A stretch of DNA of 64,000 nucleotides, taken from assembly GCF_018350175.1 (NCBI RefSeq), contig NC_058368.1, positions 91,142,001 to 91,206,000 on the forward strand, in the 5' to 3' direction. Below are positions 49,421 to 63,556 of the stretch, piece by piece (positions within the stretch are counted from its first letter, which is position 1; the number at the start of each line of letters is the position of its first letter). Source of the DNA: Felis catus (taxonomy: Eukaryota). The notes below the pieces were generated by a model. The model was not told where the DNA came from, searched no databases, and saw only the letters and a list, made by a program, of their open reading frames with translations. The translations under genes and the position numbers were made by a program.

Positions 49421-52400
49421 AAGATCATAGATAGACCAATGGGACAGAGTGGCCAGAAAAAGACCAAACTATGTGTGAAATGTGGTAAAAGATAAAGCTA
49501 GCATCTTAAAGCAGCAGGGGGAAAGATGGCTTAGTTAATAAATGGTGTTGTGACACTTGGATAGCCATCTGGAAAAAATTAACTTGGCCCTGTGATCTCA
49601 CATAGGGAGAAAACCTATATACATCCATTTTTAAAAACCAACAAACCTCTAATTAGGGCTACAGTGGCTCCTAAGTGTATGAGAAGAGGCCCAATCTGCT
49701 TCATAGTAAGAAAACTGTGCTCTTAGTTATAAAGATGAGTAATTGCCAGGAGCACGGTGACCGCAGTCAATACTGTTTTGTATAGTCGGAACTTCCTATG
49801 AGGGTAGAGCATTAATATTCTCACCATAACATCAGCAGCAAAATGGTGATTATGTGAGGTGAAAGTAACGAACCTTATTGGGTAATCATGTTGCAATGCA
49901 TACATGTATCAAATGGCACACCTGTGCATGCAGTGCCTGGGTGGCTCAGTTGGTTAAGCCTCTGACTTCAGCTCAGGTCATGACCTTGAGATTCATGAGT
50001 TTGAGCCCTGCATCAGGCTCTATGCTGACAGCTCAGACCTGGAGACTGCTTCTGTGTCTCCCTCTCTCTCACTGTCCCCTGCTCACCCTGTCTCTCAAAA
50101 TGAATAAATGTTAAATTTTTTTTTTTTTAAACTTGTACACCCATGCAGTTATATGTCAGTGATATCTCAATAAAACTGGGCAGGGTGGGGGGGAACCACT
50201 CAGGCACTTTTTTTTGAATGTTTATTTTTGAAAGAGGATCCAAAGCAGGCTCTGTGCTGACAGCAGTGAGCCTGATGTCCACAAACCACGAGATTGGTCT
50301 GAGCTGAAGTGGGATGCTCATCCAACTGAGCCACTCAGATGCCCCTCAGACACTTTTTCAAAATCAGACTGAGCAAAGATCAAATAGCTAATATTCTGTG
50401 CTGGCCAGGTGTGGGGTACAGACCCAGCCGTGACAGCAGGTGCTGTGCACGCTAGTACAACCTCCACGGAGGGCAAGACGACACTGCTTTCCTGAAATAA
50501 AAACTGCATGCACCCTTTGAATCAAGTAACCCACTTCAGGGAGATTTTTCTACAGATAGATATACTTGCCAAAGTTTGAAATGGCGTCCATCCAAGGACA
50601 TTATTGGCAGCATTTTTGCTGTAACAAAATCACCCCTCTGCACCTCAGCTTGGGACCACTGACTTAAATGTATTACGGTGCAGCCATACAATGGAATATG
50701 TGGCAGCCGTTACAAAGTTCTATATGAACTACAGGAACTGCAGTGAAAAGATCTTTGAGATAGGTTGTTAAATAAAAGTAGCAAAATGCAGAACAAAGTT
50801 ATCTCCTTTGCTACCAACTGTGTTTAGAAAGGGGGGAGCAATTTACCTGCAGTGTTTGTCTGGAAGGATGCAGAGTTTGGTAACTGCTGTTGGCCCTGGG
50901 AGGAAACTGGGTGGGTGGGTGGGGGGGTAGATAGGGTAGAAGGCAGTTACTTACTTTTCACTGTGCAGACTTTTGAGGTTTGTACCATGTGCTACCAAAA
51001 CCAAAATAAAACCCCCCAAACCACACACATTTAATCACCAAAATAGTTTGGTATCTACTGGATATCACTCACAGGATAAAGCAACCACAACCACCTCACC
51101 TCCCTTCTTCTCTCCAACATTTACACACAGGGTAACTAGCTGAGTACATAGCTGACCATGTATCATTGGGAATAGAAGTGCCCTTTATAACCCAAACACT
51201 GACGGAAGTCATTTCACCTTAAAGCGGTGTCATATCTGCTATGGGTTTCAGCAAGTATTTGTTGGAAAGGGTGGGGATCACTTGTTTATTAATCTAACAC
51301 ACATTTGTTGACACCGCTATGTGCTGAGGTGGGTGCTGGACCAAATCCTTGACACTGCGCTCACAGCCTAGTTAGGGAACTGCACACACAAATGAGTCTG
51401 GGGTGCCAGGAGCTATGGGGGGCATGTTTCTGCAGAGTAAGGTGGGGGAGATAGATGAGGCTGGAGACTCCACCGGTTTGGCTGTGAAGGGTCCTGAAGG
51501 CCTTGCTTTCCATTGTTGGCCAAGGGGAGCCACTGAAGGGTTTTACTACACAGGTGAGTGCCATGGCTGGATCTGTGGAGTGGACAAAGTCACTGGTGGC
51601 TGGAGTGGGAGGTGGCCTGGAGGGGACCAGATAGATGGTGAAGGAGTCTAGAGCAATTCACCAGGGGAATCCTGACATAGCCTCGCCTATAAATATTTAT
51701 AACCTATTATTTCCTATCACAATGGCTAGAAATGGTGACATCAGGCAACAGTGAGGCAATGCTGTACCTTGGTCAAAGTATATTGCTGAAATAAATTAGC
51801 AATTGAACCTTATGTGGTTAAACAGTTTTTTCCAACTTTGGAATTTCTTAGTCACTGCAAGGAAAATTGGGAAAGAACAAACTAACTGGAAACTTTTCCA
51901 ATATTTTTGCTCTGGTAGAATTTATATATCAATGGCAACTATGTGTAGCTTCAAAGTTTGAAGTATGAAACCTGACACCTGTTAATAGCTGTTTGGAGTG
52001 TTTAGAAGCTCACTGCACTGGCTGATCAGGGCCTGGTCCTACCTCTTCCTAAGGAAGCCCATCTTGCTAACTCCTGATTCTGGGCTCTACTCATGCTTGC
52101 TTTTTTTTTTTTTTTTTTTTAAGTTTATTTATTTATTTTGCGAGAGAAAGCACAAGCAGTAGGGGACAGAGAGAGAGGGAGACAGAATACCAAGCAGGCT
52201 CTGCACTGTCAGCGTGAAGCCCAATGCAGGGCTCAGTCTCATGAACCATGAGATCAAGACCTGAGCAGAAATCAAGAGTCAGACACTTAACCCACTGAGC
52301 CTCCCAGGTGCCCCTCCACCCACACCTTCTTAAAGGCTCTTAACCAGCCCCAACTAGTTCCTACCTCTGAGCTACACAGTCCACTGCTGGAATGTCCAAA

Positions 52401-52875
52401 CCTCTTTGCATGTCTCACTCAACTATGCTTTGTGTCTCTTGTCGATTAATTCTAGTGAGGCCTGATTCACCCACACAATCTACAGCTGGGCCTCTCAGGC
52501 TCTTTCATAGTACCCCATCTGTTTATATACTCATCCCACATACGATTATTTTGCTAACTATTTGTTTTCATTTTGTAAAACATGTCTTCTGTATTAATTT
52601 TTTTTCTTAACATTTATTTATTTTTGAGAGAGAGCGTAAGCAGGGAAGGGGCAGAAAGAAAGGGAGACAGGGAATCTGAAAGGGAGACAGGCTCCAGGCT
52701 CCAAGCTGTCAGCACAGAGCCCGACATGGGGCTCAAACTCAGAAATGGTGAGATCATGATCTGAGCCAAAGTCGGGCGCTTAACTGACTGAGACACCCGG
52801 GCGCCCCTGTCTTCTGTATTTAAAGCGGTAACTAGAAGCATGTATAACCACCATGTACTATGCTTGGCAGAAACT

Positions 52876-53098
52876 TTTTTTTTTTTTAATTTTTTTTTTC
52901 AACTTTTATTTTTGGGACAGAGAGAGACAGAGCATGAACGGGGGAGGGGCAGAGAGAGAGGGAGACACAGAATCGGAAACAGGCTCCAGGCTCTGAGCCA
53001 TCAACCCAGAGCCTGACGCAGGGCTTGAACCCACGGACCGCGAGATCGTGACCTGGCTGAAGTCGGACGCTTAACCGACTGCGCCACCCAGGCGCCCC
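52876..53098 (-). mobile_element. Young felid CanSINE
   Basis: TSD tggcagaaact (52865-52875, 53101-53111). Confidence 0.92.
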
Positions 53099-56000
53099 GA
53101 TGGCAGAAACTATTAATGGCTATTGCTCTGTTTCTCTGGCTGCCAGCCTTGGCTTTCTGCTTTTGGAATACCTCCAGAAGGGCGTTCCTAGTAATCACTC
53201 ATTTGGCCTGCATCCAGGACCTGCCATGGTTATCAGGCTGTGCCCATGAGATGTCCCAGGGCAGATGCTTGTTTGTGAAACCACGGTTCTTGCTCTTAGG
53301 TTGGAGGAGTGCCCTGAACCCCTTTCCACCTTCCAGTCCAGGGTGGAAGAAAGGTCTTCTCCTGGAAGTGGGCATGGAAGACCATGCTTGAGCCACTGTT
53401 GCAAGACCGGGGACTTGCTACACTTGCTCCCTAGCCTTCCACCGGTCAACAACCACATCAGCCCCACCAGGACTCTGGAGCCAAGCAGCCCACTAGGGTG
53501 GGCTAGAATGCTTCCATGAAGAAGGGGGCTGAGTGCAGCAGGTAGGCGGGGTGTCCTAGAGCTACACTGCCTGACTCAAGTCCTTGAATCATGGTACCAG
53601 CTGTGCACACCCGACAATTTTTAAACCTCTTTGTTCAACTTCAAGTGGGGATGAGGCAGTCTCACCTAATTGTGAGGATTAAGTGAGTTAATATACACAG
53701 AGTACTTACAATACTACCTGGCATGAGGTACATTCTCAAATGTCAACTGTCATCCCTGGTGACTGGGAATCTTTATATTCCACAGCTTGAACACTACGGT
53801 TTCTGGGGCCAGAAAGGTTTGGATGGTCACTGTGGGACTAGGACCAGACCAGCCATATGAATATAAAAACACTCAGAAGCACTACTTTCTGGCCATGTCT
53901 TAGTAGACAAAGTAGATAACCACACAACAAAAATGCAGTTTGTACCTCTTAGAACACTGTGTATTTTTCTCATTTATTTTCAGAAAGACATGTTCTATGG
54001 CAACAGTTTTTAAGAATGGTGAGGGGCGGTAGACAGGGCAGCACACAGAATGGGGAAGAACACTCCCCAACGACCAAATCCTGGCACTTGCCAAGGATGA
54101 CCATTATGAACACAATGGAGACATTTGTGGGTGACGGGAAACAATCAAACCTTGTGTTTTCTCCTCCCTTCATGAACTGGTATAAAAATACTAAAAGCAA
54201 AAATATTACCAAAAATATATTTGGCAGGAGTTGAGGTGGGCCAGGAGGCTGGGACCCCTCCTACTGTGGGCTAGAGCAGGGTGGAGTGTTTTGTTTCTAC
54301 ATTGCCTTGCTGGCTAATCCAGTAGGACAGAGTACCAAGGAGATAAGGCAGGAAAGGAGAGGAATGAAGACAGCTGGAGGCTACGCACTCTTAGACTAAA
54401 TTCATGTTTAAAGGAATTAAGTTGCTTTCTCAACCAAAGACACATGCAGTTAGGGCTGTTTTGTTCCAAGACTCCAAGGCTCAGGCACAGTAACCTGGAA
54501 GCCTGAATCTGCTGAGAAGCAAGGTCCCATTCCCTCTAGAAGCAGTTGCTGAGTATGGAGGAAAGCAACGTCTTGGGCAGACACTGCTAATGGAACTAGG
54601 CCAACTCAGGTGGTGAGGGAGAACCCAGGTGCAAAATCTATGAGCTGGAGACAGGAAGACCTGATAAGAAAGCATTCGGGGAGTTTCAAAGGGGAAATCA
54701 GAGATTATTTCCCAAGAGCTGTCAGTTTCAGGGGTTGTTCACAGGAGCCCAGGACAGTGAAGAATTTAACACCTAGGTGCTAATCCTCTTCTCAAAAACA
54801 CTCCCTCTGGGCAGAGTGGAACTGGCACTTCCACAGTAAGCCAGAGCTCTGACGTGGGAGGTGGGATCTAGGTCTGCTTCTCTGACTCCTCTCTTTCTAT
54901 AGTCCAGGCGAGGGTGTGGGGAGACTGGCTCATTCATTACCTTGCGATGGCACAGTCATGGGTGTGCTGGGAAGTCTGAGCACTAAGTAGGGCAGGGAGT
55001 AATCTCAGATCGAGGGCCTCTGGGCTGCACAGATTCCGGTGCAGGAACAGCAGTTGGAGCCGTCACTAGAAGGAATGAGGCGCTTAACGGGCAGCAGGTC
55101 TTGGCCCTGACTCAGCTGCAGGCACGTGACAAGTGGCAGAAGCTCTCATTAAGAACACACGAAATGAACAAAAGGCCCAGCTGGACAATGTTCCACCAGG
55201 ATTAAGAGGATGATCATTAAGACCAGGCAGGCCATGTGGACAGTACTAAAGGCAGGGATCTGTGGCATTTGAGTACAGTTTTCCAAGTTTATTGTGGAAT
55301 TTGGGATTGCTAGCCCTGTGAGGCTGTAGACGAACTTGTGTGGCCCAGGGTACAAATAGCTCCAAGCAACCTCCTGAAATGCTGCTTCACCTGCAGCCTA
55401 ATGGGGGAGAAAGTATGAGTTACTGATCACTTGCCCACACTAGTGGCCTTCATTCAACAGAAGCTGAATTTAGAGAACTTAGGCTTTAAAACTGCTAGAA
55501 GCTTCCGGGTCTGTTTTCAACTTGGGAGACCACTGATTCCGCCAGGATATAGACTATCCTCTTCTGTAACTTGGGAGTCGAGGTGCAGCCTTTGTGGGGC
55601 CAGTGGGCTGCCTGACTTGATGGAGAGCACCCCCACAGACCAAGAACCTGCCGCTCTGCTTCCCAGAACAAGGGCTGACTTGCCCTTCCATCTTCATGAT
55701 GTGGTATGTTCCAGTCTGCAGTCACGTGGGCTCCACATTCTTCATGGTGGGGAAGGGGACAGTGCTACCAGAAGCTGTGTGCCTGAAGGCACACATGTTA
55801 CTTTATCTCTGATTTCTACTGATAGCACTAAAGGTAAAGGAACTGTACCTGCAGGACCAGAGTATCACTAAAACTTTTGGGTATGGACAATGCTCTGCCA
55901 GAAACTGCCATGATGCTGTTGACCACTTCTTGACCCGTGGAATTACTCCACATGTAGCTCACCATTGTCAGGACAGGACAGTCTTTAAACAGTGGGACAC

Positions 56001-57212
56001 CCAGATGGAGAGGAAATGCCCACTTTCAAATGCAAAAGCAGAAATTCAAAGATGTTTTTCTTGTGAACACAAGTCAATACTTTCAGAAAACTGGATAGAA
56101 GGGCAGGGGCCAGGATACTCTAATGCAGTGGACAGAGAGGACTGCCAGCCAAGGGGGAACAGTGGGTCAACCTTTGAGAACTGGCTTTGGGGCTCTGACT
56201 TCTTGTGTCGGTTGCATGTCAGGAAATGGCAAGTCACAGAAGGGGAGGTGACCTAGACCACCACGAGGTAATTGGATTGTCACCTCAAGTGGAGCATTGT
56301 CCCTGACTGCTGTGTGTGGGGTAACTACAGTGTGGAACAAATTGAAGGTAATGTCTCCATACACTCAGTCCCTGCTTTAGATACCATCCCAGTGTCAGAG
56401 TCATGCTGAGGCCCAGAGGAACTGGGTAACTCAAGAAGTTTGATCAACCTCTGCATCCCAGGGGTCCCAAGTTCTGAAAGCTGGGCCTGGGTGCAATATC
56501 CAGAATTGTGGACTGCGTACGGGGCCAGATCACCATATTCCCCAAGGGCAAGTGGGGTGACAATAAATGACATGATGTCACCACTTAAGAGGTGCAAATC
56601 AAGAGGGACACACCATTCAGAGTTGTACTGGAAGGAGAATACAGTTAAGCGGCCAGTGGACACGTAAGTCAGAGAGATCTGACAAAAGGTGGTTTGAAGC
56701 AGAAGGTGGGAAACAATTTGAGTAACTCCTGACCCAATGCATGGGTGACTGCACTTTTCTTACACTGGGTTTCATCAGGGTTGGTGAGAATAAAAGGGCT
56801 CCATTAGAAGTAAAAACCCTCTTACATAAGAGAACTGAGTAGTGTGAAATGCTTAGAGGCCATCTTCTTACTTTGGTTCCTTTGCTTCTCGACCTAAATT
56901 TTTTTTACCATTTTTATAGTGTCTCTTAATAGTCAAAGTGTAAATTTGATAAGCTAATTTCTGTGTTGCTAATGAAGCTTCATTTTGGTTATATTTCACA
57001 ATTCAGTAATTCAGTAAAACACTACTGCTATTTAACAGAGGCAGTTCTGAACTAGGAGTGCATGCCATTCTTAAATTCTCAAACCCACAATAATGTGAAT
57101 AAAAAGACCATCTTCGGGCAAGCTTTCATGGCTATTTCCTGGAATGGATTCTCGTACATTCAATAATTAACATATTCAGTCTCAAAGCTCTGCTATATAA
57201 ACTATAGTCATA

Positions 57213-58528
57213 TCACTTTTCTCCAATATGATGTCTCTGATGCTGAATGAGGTTTGCAGTCTGGTTGAAAGCTTTCCCACATTTATTACATTTATAGGGC
57301 TTCTCTCCCGTGTGAATCCTCTGATGTTGAGTAAGGTGTGTGCTTCGAATAAAGGCTTTCCCACAGATTTTACATTTGTAAGGTTTTTCTCTAGTGTGGA
57401 TTCTCTTATGTTGAGTAAGGGCCGAATGGTCACTGAAGGCTTTCTCACATATATTACATGTGTATGGTTTTTCCCCAGTATGAATTCTCTGATGTTGGGC
57501 TAGGGCGGATTGGTCCCTGAAGGCTTTCTCGCACAAACCACACCTGTAAGGTTTCTCTCCGGTATGAATTTTCCGATGTCGAGCAAAGGATGAGTTATCC
57601 CTGAAAGCTTTCCCACATTCACTACACTTATAAGGTTTCTCTCCAGTATGAATTCTCTGATGCTCGGTAAGGGAAGAGTTCACCCTGAAGGCCTTTCCAC
57701 ATTCATTACATTCAAAGGGCTTCTCTCCAGTGTGAATTCTTTGATGCTGAAGAAAACTTGTACTCTGATTGAAGGCTTTCCCACACTCATTACATTTATA
57801 GGGTTTCTCTCCACTGTGAATGTTCTGGTGTTTGGTAAGATGTGCCCTGCATACAAAGGCTTTGTCACATACGTTACATTTAAAAGGTTTCTCTCCAGTG
57901 TGTATTCTGTGATGGTGTGCAAGGTGTATATTTCGGATAAAAGCTTTTCCGCATAAGTTGCATTCAAAAGGTTTCTCTCCGGTGTGAATTTTCTGATGAT
58001 AAGTAAGTGAGGAGCTCACCGAGAAGGCCTTGCCACATTCCTTACATTCGTACGGTTTCTCGCCAGTGTGAATTCTTTGGTGATGGATAAGGTGTGTACT
58101 CTGGTGAAAGGCTTTCCCACATTCTCTACATTCATATCGTTTCTCTTTAATAACAGTTTTCCGATTTGCATTAAGTTTTTCAGTATGAACTTTCTGATGT
58201 TTATTAAGGGTCGAACTCTTAGTGAAGACTTTTCCACACTCTCTACACTCAAAGACTTTTTTGCTAGATTGCAATCCCTGACTTGGAACAAAAGATGAGC
58301 TCTCGGTGCAGTGCTTCCCAGGCTCATCACCTCCCTGGTCACTGAGCACAGAGGGGGTTTTCTGGTGAATGACAGCCACCTGGCCTCCATGCTGCCATTC
58401 CAGCAGGCCATCATATTTCCAGTGACTGTCTCTAGTAAATCTTTCCTTTACCATCCACCGATCCAAGTCTTCTCCAGGAATATCTGCCTTGGGAGTAGAT
58501 TTCTTACTCACAGGCATGGTCATCCAGT
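57213..58528 (-). CDS. ZNF454: ZNF454 terminal exon: spacer plus 12 C2H2 fingers; KRAB exons lie beyond the window end
   Basis: Acceptor gatgtctttcag|ACTGGATG at 58530-58529; (D)[11 protein letters not shown]...[21 protein letters not shown]...QRHHIGEK* matches recalled ZNF454; tail-to-tail with GRM6 as in human. Confidence 0.92.
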
Positions 58529-59560
58529 CTGAAAGACATCAAACATAAAAAAATCTGTTTTATCCTGGTAAAACACCTAGTTGGCGTAAGATGAGAAGAT
58601 TTATAATGCTAACAAAGAGGCTGCAGTTTTGAAGGCTTCTTGAAGTGAAGATAAGAAAGGAAAGGGGAGGGGCACCTGAGTGGTTTAGTCGGTTAAGGGT
58701 TTGACTCTCAGTTTCAGCTCAGGTCATGATTTCGTGGTCTGTGAGATTGAGCCTCATGTCAGGCTCTGTGCTGACAGCGTGGGGCCTGGTTGGGATTCTC
58801 TCTCTCTGCCCCTCCCCTGTTCACACAAGTTCACTCTCCTTCCCTTGCTCTCAAAATAAATATTAAAAAAAAAAAAAAAAGGAAAAAAGAGGTAAACAGG
58901 ATGTGGCAGGAAGGGGTTGATTTAATGTGTAATGAATGTATGAAGCAGGATAGCTTGGAAGCTTAGATTGAGAAGTCACAGGCCTGGGTTGGGATCCTGA
59001 GTACAATACTCAGATTACAAAGAAGTTACTTGACTTTCTATGCCTCAAAAAAAACCTATACAGACCACACTCTGCTAACAGATAAGAAAAAATGTACCTT
59101 ATCTGTTTCAGTGGTATGGTCTTTAAAATAACCCAGATGTGACCTTAAGAAACCAGGGAAACTGGAGGTCAACACTTGGTAAAGTAATCTGACTCCCATA
59201 ACTACAAAAAGCAACATTTTAATGTTTTATCTTAGCATTCAGATAGCTAATAAAACAGATGTGTAAAACACTCATCTACAAAGGACCTCCTCCTGCTAGT
59301 GAGGACACAAAGTTTCAAACCTATATGTAACACCTATATGAGGAAAATGTACCATGAAGTTGTATATGTGAGGGCAGGAAATTAGGAACAAAGCAGCAAA
59401 TCTACCAGGAGAAACCAGGTATGTGCTGGAGGGTGAGGCCCTGACTCCTGGGAAATGAGAATACAGTCACTAGAAATGGACTCCACTACTGGGATATGAG
59501 CCATGGCCCCATGTGTGATCCTCTCCCCACAGACAAATTCTGCACGTTGGTTTCATGATA

Positions 59561-61063
59561 CAGGCATACCTCAGAGATACTGCAGGCTCGCTTCCAGACT
59601 GCTGCAGGGAAGCAAATATTGCAATGAAGTGAGTCAAATGAATTTTTTGGCTTCCCAGTGCATATAAAAGCTACGTTTACACTATACTGCAGTCTATGAA
59701 GTGGTGTAGCATTATGTCCAGAAAAACACTATGTATGCCATAATTAGAAAGCACTTTCTTGCTTAAAAAACGCTAACCAGCATCTGAGCTTTCGGCGAAA
59801 TCATTCTGCTGGTGGAGGGTCTTGCCTCAACGATAATGGCTGCTGGGGCGCCTGGGTGGCTCAGTCAGTTAAGCGTCTGACTCTTGACTTTGGCTCAGGT
59901 TATGATCTCACATTTTATGAGATCAAGCCCTGTGTTGGGGTCCGCGCTGACAGCGCAGAGCCTGCTTGGGACTCTCTCTCTCCCTCCCTCTCTCTGCCCC
60001 TCCCCCATGCTTGCACGTGCACTCATGCTCTCTCAAAATAAATAAATAAACTTAGAAAAAAACGATGGCTGCGAATGATGATTGTCAAAGGCTGAGGTGG
60101 CTGTGGCAATTTCTGAAGATAAGATAACAATGAAGTCTGCTGCATCGAAGGACTCTTCCCTCTTAGGAACAAGTTCTCTGTAGCAGGAGATGCTGTTTGA
60201 CAGGATTTTGCCCACAGAACTTCTTTTCGAACTTGGGAGCCAATCCTCTCAAACTCTGCCACTGCTCTATTAACTAATTTTATGTCACATTCTAAATCCT
60301 GTGTTGTCATGTCAACAACCTTCACAGCATCCTCATCAGGATGTAGATTCTATCTCGAGAAACCCCTTTCTGTGCTCATCCATAAGAAGCAGCTCCTCAG
60401 GGGCGCCTGGGTGGCGCAGTCGGTTAAGCGTCCGACTTCAGCCAGGTCACGATCTCACGGTCCGTGAGTTCGAGCCCCGCATCGGGCTCTGGGCTGATGG
60501 CTCAGAGCCTGGAGCCTGTTTCCGATTCTGTGTCTCCCTCTCTCTCTGCCCCTCGCCCGTTCATGCTCTGTCTCTCTCTGCCCCAAAAATAAATAAACGT
60601 TGAAAAAAAAAATTAAAAAAAAAAAAAAGAAGCAGCTCCTCATCCGTACAAGTTTTATCATGAGATTGTAGCAATTCACTCACATCTTCAGGTTCCACTT
60701 CTAATGCCAATTCTCTGGCTATTTCTACCACATCTGTGGTTACCTCCTCTGCTGAAGTCTTGAATCTCTCAGAGTCATCCACCAGGGTTGGAATCAACTT
60801 CTTCCAAACTCCTCTACTAATGTTGATATTTTGACCTCTGCCCATAAACCATGAATGTTCTTAATGGTATCTAGAATAGTGAATCCTTTCCAGAAGTTTT
60901 CAAATTTTATTGCAAGAATCACCAAAACGTGACACAGTGATATGAAGTGAGTATATGCTGTTGGAAAATGGCACTGATAGATTTGTTCGATGCAAGACTG
61001 CCACAAACCTTCACTTTGTAAAAAATGCGTATCAGCACAGCACAATAGAACGAGGTATACCTG
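59561..61063 (-). mobile_element. Internally deleted Tigger1 DNA transposon with two CanSINE insertions
   Basis: TA|caggcatacctc ... gaggtatacctg|TA terminal inverted repeats; transposase relics [49 protein letters not shown] (Tigger1/TIGD1-like). Confidence 0.92.
60400..60626 (+). mobile_element. Young felid CanSINE inside the Tigger1
   Basis: TSD aagaagcagctcctca on both sides. Confidence 0.92.
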
Positions 61064-61149
61064 TATTAACGAGCAGTGTTCTGGACTGCACACCAATTTT
61101 CCTATGTATTTGTAAATATCTGCCTGTTTTGTTAAGTCTATTTAAGACT

Positions 61150-63516
61150 CTGTGCTAAGAAATGAAATGATAAGAACTAGACACTATACATTAATGATGT
61201 AAATTCTTGGGAAATCTATCAAGAACAAGCTTCCCTCATCACTTTTTTCTTTCTAAACATTCCAGAAAATCTACAAAGAGCTATAATCAATGAAACAAAA
61301 CAAAACAAAACAAAACAAAACAAATTCCTTTACTTATCTGGAAAAGAAAGTTAAACAGGTGCATTTTAAAGCTATAGTCCTGGTGAGCTCAGAATAATAC
61401 ATCGTTGCTCAAAACAAAGAATGGTCAGTTAAACACCAGGACTGCCAAATCTTAAGGTTTTAAGGGGTGACTTTCACTTTCGGACCTGATAGAGTGGCCT
61501 GTGGGAGACATTCCTGTAGAAAACAACTGGAAAATCTTAACTGAAAAACAAAAACTCTGTCTAAAGGCATCAGATGTCACTTAAGGCCAACCTGATAGTC
61601 TAATATTTGGAAGAGAAAGGAAATAGAGAGGTAATCCCAATAATCACTGGGTTTTTTTTCCTTATAGAGAAGTTCAAAATTTTCTAGTCTTAAGATACTA
61701 TGGAGCCAATAGTCAGTGACGTGTCTGACTTTGGCTCAGGTCATGATCTCACAGTTGGTGAGTTCAAGCCCCACACTGTGCTCTGTACTGGCAGTGTGGA
61801 GCCTGCTTTGGATTCTGTCTTTCCCTCTCTCTCTGCCCCTCCCCTGGCCACACTCTCTCTCAAAAATAAATAAATAAACATTAAAAAATATATATATACT
61901 ATGGAGCCAAAAACTGAGATCAGGATCTTCCAAGGAAGGGGTTGGTGGTCATACATGTGAAATTCTCAGTTGGCACTCCTGGAGGGCTGCAAGGGCAAAC
62001 AAGAGATAAGCAGAGCTTTAGAAACACTGCAACCCAATCTCCAGGTTATGTGTTCCTGCTTGGATTAAGGTGGTTCCCTTGCACAGTAGCTATCCACCAG
62101 AGAAAAAGGCAAATCTTCTCTGGAGGAACAGAACATTACCCAGAGCCTCTTCAGTCCTTCAAATACAGTATCAGGGATTCAATCCAAATGTACCAGGAAT
62201 ACTAAGAAATTAAGTCAAGAGAAAAAACAGATAATAGACAAAGACCCATAGAACTCAGATACCAAAGTTACCAGACATGGATTTTAAGACATGTGTGATT
62301 AATATGTTCAACAAAACAGATAAGAATAAGAATTTCAATAGCAGATTGGAACCAATGAATCAAATGAAAGTTCTAGAACTGAAGAATATAAATAATTGAA
62401 ATTAAGAACTGAACGGATAGATTTAACAGTATATATTGGACATAGCAGAAGGGAGCAATAGTGCCCTGGAAAAATACATAAGCAGAAAATATCTATGATA
62501 AAACTTGCAGAAAAAAATTAAAAAGAAGCATAGAAGGCATAATGAAGAGACTGAACATATGTGTAACAAGTTCTGGAATAGGGCAAGGAAAAGGGCAAAA
62601 ATACTGTTTGAAAAAAAAAAGGCTAAAAAATGAATGTGAGAAGCACTAGGGATTCCAAGCAGGATAAATACAAAGAAAATCTACCTAAGCACAGCACAAT
62701 AAAACTACTGAAAACCACTAAGTTTATCTTGATAGTTGCTTAAGAGAGAGAGAGAAAAAATACATTACTTCTAAAGGAGAAAAAAAATAAGACAGGTGAC
62801 TTTTCAACAAAAACAATGAAGCCAGGAGACAATGAAATAACATCAGAAGTGTTGAAAGAACATAACTGCCAAACAGAATTCAAGAGAAAGAAAATATCCC
62901 TAAAAAGTGAGTATGAGGGGTGCCTGGGTGGCTCAGTCAGTTAAGTGTCTGACTTCAGCTCAGGTTGTGGTCTCACGGTTTTTGAGTTCAAGCACTGCGT
63001 CCGGCTCTGTGCTGACAGCTCAGAGCCTGGAGCCTGCTTCAGATTTTGAGTCTCCCTTTCTCTCTGTCCCTCCCCTGCTCATGCTCTGTCTGCCTCTCAA
63101 TAATAAACGTTAAAAAAAAAATTTTTTTTAATAAAAAAAAGCAGAGTGAATATGAAATGGATACTTCCATATAAATAAAAACAGAGATGTGTCACCAGCA
63201 GACCCATATTTAAAGAAAACAACAACAGTAACAAGAGTGTTCTAGGCATAAGAAAATCCCACGTGGAAACATGGAAATGTAAGCAGGAATGAAAAGCAAT
63301 AGAAAAAGTAAATACATGGGGGCACCTAGGTGGCTCAGTTGGTTAAGCATAGGACTTCGGCTCAGATCGTGCTCTCACAGTTCATGGGTTTGAGCCCTGT
63401 GTCGGGCTCTGTGCTAACAGCTCTGAGCCTGAAGCCTATGTCTCCTTCTCTGCCACTCCCCCACTTGCACTCTGTCTCTCTCTCAAAGATAAATAAACAT
63501 TAAAAAATTTAAAAAA

Positions 63517-63556
<40 letters not shown>

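Noticed and set aside
60023..61096. TIGD1-like gene
   Set aside because: Fragments of an internally deleted, SINE-interrupted Tigger1 with frameshifts.
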